DNA of 43,939 nucleotides from Clostridia bacterium (GTDB lineage Bacteria; Bacillota; Clostridia; Oscillospirales; CAG-272), in contig JAGBYG010000162.1 of the NCBI GenBank assembly GCA_017628875.1, positions 1 through 43,939 of the forward strand, given 5' to 3'. This document shows, piece after piece, positions 37,568-43,939 of this stretch. The position numbers and the translations under genes are program-made. Position 1 is the first letter of the stretch; each line of letters begins with the position of its first letter. Below the pieces are notes generated by a model, which was not told where the DNA came from, ran no database searches, and saw nothing but the letters and a program-made list of their open reading frames with translations.

Positions 37568-38169
37568 GAGAATTTTTACTTGATATAAAGCAAAAATGGT
37601 ATCTTTACCTTGCTATAGCTGTTTTGATAATTGGAGTTCAATGTGCATCCCTTGATATTGCTACAAGACACTCAAGCGACGAAAAGGTAACTATTTTCCT
37701 CACTTGTAACAGTTATGATGAAACACTCTCAACTATTATAAATGAAGATTTACCAAATGGGATAAAGTCATTTAACGTTGAAGTTTTCGATCAAGATGGA
37801 ACGTACTACGGTGCATATTTTAACACTTACGGTAAGGAGTCCGACCTTGTTACTCTCACTCAAAAATTTGCAGATATTTGCGAATGTGACAGTTATTTTG
37901 TTAGTTTAGATGAAGAAAAAGTTAAAGCATTGCTTGGTGATGTTGAATTCTATTATTATAATGGTGAAGCATACGGTATAAAGGTTTTTGATAAAGAAAC
38001 AAAAAACGGTATGGCTACTGATTATATTAAATATTTTCAAGAGGGAATGGAAGAAAACGTATATATGTTTTTTGGAAAGAACTCAAAGCATATAGGGGAT
38101 TTTTCAATTAACTCTCTTGATAATTCTGCACTTGTAATATTGGAGAAAATATGGCGAAGTTCAAAATAA
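37564..38169 (+). CDS. Hypothetical membrane-anchored protein
   Basis: N-terminal hydrophobic segment; GAGGTG RBS; ATGA overlap. Confidence 0.7.
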   Translation: MREFLLDIKQKWYLYLAIAVLIIGVQCASLDIATRHSSDEKVTIFLTCNSYDETLSTIINEDLPNGIKSFNVEVFDQDGTYYGAYFNTYGKESDLVTLTQKFADICECDSYFVSLDEEKVKALLGDVEFYYYNGEAYGIKVFDKETKNGMATDYIKYFQEGMEENVYMFFGKNSKHIGDFSINSLDNSALVILEKIWRSSK

Positions 38170-38984
38170 AAAGATCGGCTGACACGGATTTTACAGAAGC
38201 TCAGCTACCGCACAACAGAATAGATGCATTTTTTGATTGTATAAAGCTTAGATGGAGAGAATTTTTTATAATCGGGTTTATTATAATGCTCTCCATGCTT
38301 CCGATTTTTGCATTGGGACTTGTCCGCGATAATTTAATAGCTGATGCTATAAACAAAAATGAAATAGCAAATGCTCAATATACACTTTTGTTTTTTGATG
38401 CTGTAAGTATATTGTTCTATCTTTTGCCTGCAGTTGCTTTTGCGGGAGCATTTAGAGTAATTCGTAATATTGCTTGGGCGGATATAGTGTTCTTCAAAGA
38501 GGATTTTAAAGACGGAATAAAGCTCAATTTCAAAATATTTTCTTTTGTATTCCTTTTGGTAGGAACAGGGATATTCTTGGTTGATTATTTTATGATTTCC
38601 GCTCCCGATACGTTTAAAGGTGTGCCAATTGGACTTAGCGTTATGCTGCTAATTCCCATAGCTATATTTATTATTGTTCAAGGAACACTCTATAATATAA
38701 GCTTTAGTGCCTCATTAAGAAATGGAGTGTATTTGTTTGCTAAATCCATTTTACGTTCATTTATTGCATCATTGGTAACAGTGATGCCAATAGTGTTTAG
38801 TTTGTTGTCTGATACGATAACAAAGCACATTTGCCTTGTTGGTTATATGGTTGTATTTATGCCTTGGGTGTGCCTTGGACTTTTCTTGTTTGGTTGCTCG
38901 GTGTTAGATAAGCATATCAATGCAAAGTCGCATCCCAAAATAGTTGGTAAGGGACTTTCAAAAATTAAAGAAGAAAACAAATAA
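38151..38984 (+). CDS. Integral membrane protein (possibly YesL/DUF624-like)
   Basis: About 6 TM segments; FFKEDFKDGIKLNFK segment; sugar-ABC context. Confidence 0.65.
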   Translation: MAKFKIKRSADTDFTEAQLPHNRIDAFFDCIKLRWREFFIIGFIIMLSMLPIFALGLVRDNLIADAINKNEIANAQYTLLFFDAVSILFYLLPAVAFAGAFRVIRNIAWADIVFFKEDFKDGIKLNFKIFSFVFLLVGTGIFLVDYFMISAPDTFKGVPIGLSVMLLIPIAIFIIVQGTLYNISFSASLRNGVYLFAKSILRSFIASLVTVMPIVFSLLSDTITKHICLVGYMVVFMPWVCLGLFLFGCSVLDKHINAKSHPKIVGKGLSKIKEENK

Positions 38985-39015
38985 AAAAGACTGTCCAAAA
39001 TTTGGACAGTCTTTT
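38985..39015. terminator. Bidirectional terminator
   Basis: AAAAGACTGTCCAAA-a-TTTGGACAGTCTTTT between convergent genes. Confidence 0.9.
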
Positions 39016-39018
39016 GTT

Positions 39019-39699
39019 TTAATTATCGGTTTTATCTTTTGTGAATTTGATAGCCACAGGTAAATTCCAAAGAAAGATGGTGGCGCACATTCTGATAATG
39101 AAAATAATGCTGATACAAGCAATAGTTGCAACGATATTCGCGCTTGGCATTCCTTTCATAAAATATGTAACTATAAGATAGTAGGACGAAGACCCTATCA
39201 AGCAAGCGATTGCATAAATGCGTTTGCGAAGAACGGTTGGAATTATACCGAGTATTACGTCACGAGTTATGCTTCCGCCGACAGAGGTCAAAAGTCCCAT
39301 GAATATAGAGATGAAAAATCCAAGCTCTATATATGCTGAGGTTCCCATAACCGAGAATACTCCAATTCCGAGAGCGTCAAGGACGTTGTTTATCTTTTCA
39401 ACGGTAGTTTCTTCTTTTATGTATTTTTCTTTTGTAGCCATTGCTATAAAGAACACAGCCAAAGCGGTCAGTATGCAAATAACTATCTCTAATTGTAGCT
39501 CTGTGAAGACCGCAGGGAGCACTTTTCCAATGCTTTGGCCTGCTATCATATCTCGGATTAAACCACCACCAAAGCAAGTGACAAGAGAAAGTGTAACAAC
39601 ACCAAAGAGGTCGGCTTCCTTGTCTATAGCAACCATTGCACCTGCTGCGGCAAAGGAGATTATTCCAATAATATTTATTATTTCAAGAAGTGTTTCCAT
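39019..39699 (-). CDS. TRIC channel family membrane protein (UPF0126 / YadS-like)
   Basis: Duplicated GGG(L/S)xRD motif; DLFGV; LDALGIGVF. Confidence 0.88.
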   Translation of the reverse strand: METLLEIINIIGIISFAAAGAMVAIDKEADLFGVVTLSLVTCFGGGLIRDMIAGQSIGKVLPAVFTELQLEIVICILTALAVFFIAMATKEKYIKEETTVEKINNVLDALGIGVFSVMGTSAYIELGFFISIFMGLLTSVGGSITRDVILGIIPTVLRKRIYAIACLIGSSSYYLIVTYFMKGMPSANIVATIACISIIFIIRMCATIFLWNLPVAIKFTKDKTDN

Positions 39700-39708
39700 A
39701 TAAGCTCC

Positions 39709-40619
39709 TTATTCTTGGTTTTTTACCCAATGGTCAAGGAAGTTGTAGCCTTCCTCAAGCGCCCACATGGGTGGACGATGACCGGTAGCGTGATTGACTA
39801 TTTTTAATCTGCCGTCGTCTTTTTTGTATCCATCTGCTTTAAGCATTATTTCATAGCTTTCGTCGGTATCGTATTGACCTGCCAAAAGACAGAAGGGCTT
39901 GGGCGAAGCAATGCTCAAAAGTTGTATATGATCCATTCCTGCAGTTATCATTTGTTGAAGTTTTTTGCTCCAATACCAATCATCACCCCAGTTGCTTTGA
40001 TGCCAACCGATACCAAAATCACTTGCCAATATTGCACAAACGCGTTCGTCGAGGCATCCTGCATAAAATGCCATTTTTCCACCAAGTGAATGACCGGCAA
40101 TGCCTATGCGTGAATTGTCAACCCTTGTATCATTGTATAAGAGGTCTATTAAAAGCTTGGTATCGTCAAAAAGCTTTCCCATTCCGGTATAGTTTGGCAT
40201 ATCCTTCAGCAAAGCATTTGCAGCATCTTGCCAACGTGTGAAATTACTGCGGTTTTTTGAACTATTAATGTAAGTCAAGTGATAGGATTCTGCAGAAGCA
40301 ACTATATACCCTCTGCGAACAAGATGAAGCATCATTTCGATTCCTTTGTAGGACTCAAGTATCTCTCCTGTAGTTATATCAAATCCTAACATAGCGTCGG
40401 GAAATAGAAGGGAACTGCGATTGCAGGTGTTTTAGCGGATATATTTTTAGGCAAAACCATCAAAGTGCGCTGATACTTCCCATCACCATTTATTTGATGA
40501 TATAATTCCGCATCAAATTCTTCATAAGAAAAAGTCGAAATAAGAGTTGTTTTGCCGTAGTCAGAGCATTTTGGAAAAGAGCCAAGTGTATCTAACCATT
40601 TTTGCTTTATAGAATTCAT
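39709..40619 (-). pseudogene. Alpha/beta-hydrolase split by a one-base frameshift
   Basis: ORFs 40386..40619 and 39709..40392 join as VPFYFP-DAMLG if one base is added in the G-run at 40399-40401; GHSLGGK nucleophile motif. Confidence 0.75.
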
Positions 40620-40807
40620 ATTTATACCTCGTTTTTCGAGAATATTTGCTACAACTATTATAATACTTTAAGATTAGCTTTTCAATATTATTTTGTAATT
40701 TAATTGATTATTTATATTAATAAAACTATCTATTATACCAATAAAAAAGTGTTTTTATATATTGACACTTTACCATAAAAATATATAATAATATATGAGG
40801 TGATGAT

Positions 40808-41626
40808 ATGAAAATTAAGGCTTTGTATATGTTTCCCCAAGATAAGGAAGCACATTTAATTGCGTATATAAGAGATACTTCTCCTGAAATGAAAAACGAC
40901 CCACGTCCTGCGGTACTTATTTGTCCCGGCGGTGGATATCAATGGGTGTCTGATAGAGAGAATGAACCCGTTGCATTACAGTTTTTGGCGCGAGGATATA
41001 ATGTTTTTGTGCTTAAATATTCTGTTGGTCAAATGGCATCAGACCTTCGCCCTTTGTGTGAAGCTGCATTATCGATGAAGTATATTAGAGATAATGCCAA
41101 TGAATACAACATTGATCCTAATAAAGTGTATGTATTAGGTTTTTCCGCAGGAGGACATCTTGCCTGCTCATTAGGCGTGTATTGGAATCATAATGAAGTC
41201 AAAAACCTATTGACAGAAAATGATAGTGCCGATATTTGTCGTCCTGATGCGATGGTTTTGTGCTATCCTGTAATAACTGCAACTTGTGATACACATCTTG
41301 GTACATTACATAATTTTTGCGGAACAGAAACACCTGATGAAAAACTTGTAGATTTGTTTTCTCTTGATTTACACGTTAACGCAAGTACACCACCGGCATT
41401 TATTTGGCATACTGAAACAGATGCTGTTGTTCCTGTTCAAAACTCTAAAAACTTATCAATTGCATTAGAACGTGCCGGTATCAAACACGAGATTATTTTG
41501 TTTCCAGAGGGTCCTCACGGGTTGTCTATAGCAACACACGAAACATCTTATGATATACCAGAAGATAATCCACATCAGGCTTCCGTTTGGATTGATATGG
41601 CGGATAGATGGGTTAAAACTTTATAA
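40808..41626 (+). CDS. Alpha/beta hydrolase (carbohydrate esterase-like)
   Basis: CPGGGY, GFSAGGH, D-x-x-VP and GPHG motifs. Confidence 0.9.
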   Translation: MKIKALYMFPQDKEAHLIAYIRDTSPEMKNDPRPAVLICPGGGYQWVSDRENEPVALQFLARGYNVFVLKYSVGQMASDLRPLCEAALSMKYIRDNANEYNIDPNKVYVLGFSAGGHLACSLGVYWNHNEVKNLLTENDSADICRPDAMVLCYPVITATCDTHLGTLHNFCGTETPDEKLVDLFSLDLHVNASTPPAFIWHTETDAVVPVQNSKNLSIALERAGIKHEIILFPEGPHGLSIATHETSYDIPEDNPHQASVWIDMADRWVKTL

Positions 41627-41640
41627 TGGATATTAATTAA

Positions 41641-41671
41641 AAAATCAAGTCTTAAAAAGACTTGATTTTTT
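41641..41671 (+). terminator. Intrinsic terminator
   Basis: AAAATCAAGTCT-taaaa-AGACTTGATTTT. Confidence 0.85.
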
Positions 41672-41690
41672 GTTTTCTCTTGAATCTTTC

Positions 41691-41771
41691 TCAATTCAAA
41701 TAAAAGAAGAAAAGCGAGAAAGAATGAAGGAGACTTGATATGGTAATTGGAGAACTCGCATATTTGTAGTA
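41691..41771 (+). repeat. Non-coding imperfect direct repeat, copy 2
   Basis: Aligns with 18337-18418 (64/82). Confidence 0.85.
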
Positions 41772-42058
41772 GATATGATAAGAGTATAGGAGGGGACAAA
41801 CTAATGAAGAAATTTGAGAAACAATGAGAGAGGAAGAAAAGAAAAAGCTGGTTACTCTTACTCGCGAGCGAAGCGAGTATGTAAGAGTAAACAGCTAAGG
41901 GGCGGTTTTAGGTTTTTTACGCACGACAAAAACTCAAACTGCGGAGGAATGCTTTAATATAGGTTCTGTCTGCAAATCCGTTCAACGATGGTGCTACCGC
42001 ATCGAAAACTCAGGTGGTGTGAATTTTCTTTAACAAAATCTTTATATAGGAGGATCAA

Positions 42059-43069
42059 ATGGCAAGAAATAGGCACTCTTTGAGTTATCAAGCAAAGCAA
42101 ATATTGGATAGAAAATTGCGAATTGGAGAGAGCAAGCACGAATTGAAGCGAAAAGGTGAAGACGTAAGTGAATGGATTTTCTCATATAGTACATACACGA
42201 GTTATCTTAAGCACATAAATTATTTCATCAACTATGCTCGGAAAGAATACGCAACTGAATTTGGCAAGCAACCGAGAAACCTTGAGGACTGTCGTAAATA
42301 CGTTGAGCCGTTTATGAGAGAGAGCATAGCTAAACACTCACCGTGGACCTGTCAGCTACAAATTTGTGCATTAGGTAAACTATATAATTGTCGTACAACG
42401 GATTTTGGTATCGATATCCCCAAGCGCAAACGTTCTCAAATCAAACGTAGCAGGCATTCAAATCAAATGGACAAGCATTTCAGTGAGAAAAAGAATGCTG
42501 ATTTGGTTTGCTTCTGCAAGTGTTGTGGATTAAGACGTAGAGAGCTTGCAGCAATCAAGGGTTCTGACCTATACATTGACGAAAACGGTATATATAAATT
42601 AAACGTAACAAAGGCAAGCAAAGGTGGTCGCCCTCGTCAGGTGACCATATGCTATGAAAACCAAGAAGAGTTAGACACAGTAATTCGACTTTGCAAAGAA
42701 GCAGGCAATTCAAACATCTTCAAAAAGATAAGTTCGGCAGCAGACGTGCATTATTATAGACATATTTTTGCTTTACGCACCTATGAAAAGCACGCAAGAT
42801 CCTTCAAAGAATACAAAAACGAGCGAATTGTCATCTTTAGAAATAGAGTTATCGGTTCATACAAGACCGCTAACGGTAAAAAGGACTTTTTAACCTTTGA
42901 AAGTATTTGCAAAGCAAATAAAATCCCACTCAACGCAAAAGGACTTCGTGATGTGAGTTCTGCCTATTATTGCCGTGATGATTTGAAAGGTAAGGTTTTA
43001 GATAGAAAAGCGATGCTTATTTGCTCGCAAGCCCTCGGACATAATCGTGAGCAGGTGCTACAAAACTAA
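42059..43069 (+). CDS. Tyrosine recombinase-family protein lacking the terminal catalytic Tyr (possible pseudogene)
   Basis: GLRRRE, KGGRPR, HYYRH and LGHNR motifs; TAA at His+9; AGGAGG RBS. Confidence 0.8.
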   Translation: MARNRHSLSYQAKQILDRKLRIGESKHELKRKGEDVSEWIFSYSTYTSYLKHINYFINYARKEYATEFGKQPRNLEDCRKYVEPFMRESIAKHSPWTCQLQICALGKLYNCRTTDFGIDIPKRKRSQIKRSRHSNQMDKHFSEKKNADLVCFCKCCGLRRRELAAIKGSDLYIDENGIYKLNVTKASKGGRPRQVTICYENQEELDTVIRLCKEAGNSNIFKKISSAADVHYYRHIFALRTYEKHARSFKEYKNERIVIFRNRVIGSYKTANGKKDFLTFESICKANKIPLNAKGLRDVSSAYYCRDDLKGKVLDRKAMLICSQALGHNREQVLQN

Positions 43070-43204
43070 ATCTACTGAATTTGAAAAATATTTTTAAAAA
43101 AGTTAAAAATCCTTGTGCAGAAAAAAAGGTAGCCCATTTCATCTTGCATAATTGTAGTACAAGCACAGAAGTGCAAATAATATCAACACAAGGAGGTTAT
43201 CACA

Positions 43205-43762
43205 ATGATAACAAATGAAATCGAAATGACTATTAGCTACAACACACACGACGCCGAGAACAACACCAAAGTACTTACTTCAAGCCCCCTTGATCTTTCC
43301 AAGTATAGTTCTTGGGAAGAAATCAGAGAAGAACTTACAAAACAGGGATTTGTCCTTGATGAGTTCAACAATTGTTTGGTTATTGAGAATTTGCAAAACA
43401 TTTCTGAGGAAATGACTGACCTCAAACAGTGGCACCCCAAACATGTGTTCAATCTTTTGAACGCAGCTGGAGTTTTGACAGATAGAAGTCGTTTTGCAAC
43501 TATGCAAGCTGTTGCTGAAGTTTGTGGTCTTGATGAGTTCGCTGATCTCGTTGAACATCGAGGGGATGCATGGGACGAGGGCATCTTCCTTTACGAAGGT
43601 TACGATTGGTACGATTTTGGCAAAATGGTATGTGAGGCCAATGAATATAAAATTCCCGAAAATCTTGAGTATTTTATTGACTATGAAGCTTACGGAGAAA
43701 GCTTTAGTCTTAATGCTAATGTGTATTCATATTCCAACGGAATTATCGAATTAGCATACTGA
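43205..43762 (+). CDS. ardA: ArdA-like antirestriction protein
   Basis: Strongly acidic; C-terminal IPENLEYFIDYEAYG motif; AAGGAGG RBS. Confidence 0.75.
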   Translation: MITNEIEMTISYNTHDAENNTKVLTSSPLDLSKYSSWEEIREELTKQGFVLDEFNNCLVIENLQNISEEMTDLKQWHPKHVFNLLNAAGVLTDRSRFATMQAVAEVCGLDEFADLVEHRGDAWDEGIFLYEGYDWYDFGKMVCEANEYKIPENLEYFIDYEAYGESFSLNANVYSYSNGIIELAY

Positions 43763-43787
43763 TGCAGTTCGTATTTGATTAATAATA

Positions 43788-43816
43788 AAAGCACCGAGTT
43801 CTAAACTCGGTGCTTT
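43788..43816. terminator. Terminator after ardA
   Basis: AAAGCACCGAGTT-cta-AACTCGGTGCTTT. Confidence 0.85.
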
Positions 43817-43827
43817 ACATAAAAATA

Positions 43828-43859
43828 CGCGTATGGGGTGGTATGGGATTTTGTCCTAT
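43828..43859 (+). repeat. Putative integrase arm-type sites, right end
   Basis: GTATGGGG at 43831, GTATGGGA at 43841 and ATTTTGTCCTAT at 43848. Confidence 0.75.
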
Positions 43860-43860
43860 A

Positions 43861-43896
43861 AAAAACGAAAAAGTCCTTGAAAATCAAGGACTTTCG
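43861..43896 (-). terminator. Island-provided terminator downstream of tRNA-Ser
   Basis: AAAGTCCTTGA-aaa-TCAAGGACTTT with a minus-strand U-tract. Confidence 0.75.
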
Positions 43897-43939
43897 TGGC
43901 GGAGAAGGAGAGATTTGAACTCTCGCGCCGGGTATATCC
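43897..43939 (-). tRNA. tRNA-Ser, 3' half (5' part outside the window); contains the att core
   Basis: Minus strand ...GAGAG-TTCAAAT-CTCTC-CTTCTCC-G-CCA: T-arm, acceptor strand, G discriminator, encoded CCA and part of a long variable arm. The anticodon is not visible. Confidence 0.88.

Larger units (their letters stand above)
1789..43921. mobile_element. ~42 kb tRNA-Ser-integrated genomic island (integrative, possibly mobilisable)
   Basis: 25-bp terminal direct repeat equal to the tRNA 3' end; integrase and xis at the left end; arm-type repeats at both ends; defence and metabolic cargo; no T4SS or capsid genes seen. Confidence 0.93.

Noticed and set aside
39218-39703. 161-aa plus-strand ORF and similar antisense ORFs throughout the window
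   Set aside because: These are shadows of well-supported genes on the opposite strand.
41804-41898. Small peptides MKKFEKQ and MREEEKKKLVTLTRERSEYVRVNS
   Set aside because: Too short to support as genes; the second runs through a DNA hairpin. Noted only as debris after repeat copy 2.
1789-43921. Prophage or self-transmissible ICE
   Set aside because: No terminase, capsid, tail, VirB4 or coupling-protein genes were recognised.

Overview
Low-GC Firmicute (Clostridia-like) chromosomal window. It starts in the 3' end of glutamine synthetase (glnA) and ends inside a minus-strand tRNA-Ser. Nearly all of it (1789-43921) is a ~42 kb genomic island integrated at the tRNA-Ser 3' end, bounded by a perfect 25-bp direct repeat with arm-type repeats inside both ends. 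The island carries: an xis / mini arm-domain / tyrosine integrase module; AbiEi-AbiEii; a Fic gene heading a type I R-M operon (hsdM, hsdS, hsdR) interleaved with four accessory genes; an HTH replication-initiator-like gene; two Lar-like zinc-finger genes; a ~23 kb glycan/amino-sugar utilisation locus; a second tyrosine recombinase-family gene that stops at or just before its catalytic Tyr; and an ArdA-like gene. No conjugation (T4SS) or phage structural genes are visible, so it looks like an integrative, possibly mobilisable, element. The main unexplained signals are degenerate copies of the hsdS 3' end separating the accessory genes in the R-M operon, an 82-bp non-coding repeat bracketing the sugar cargo, a stand-alone copy of the integrase arm-binding domain, a three-member Lar-like family with one copy outside the island, and a structured mini-element with a third tRNA-3' remnant left of the island. 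All family calls come from motif recognition by eye; no database search was run.
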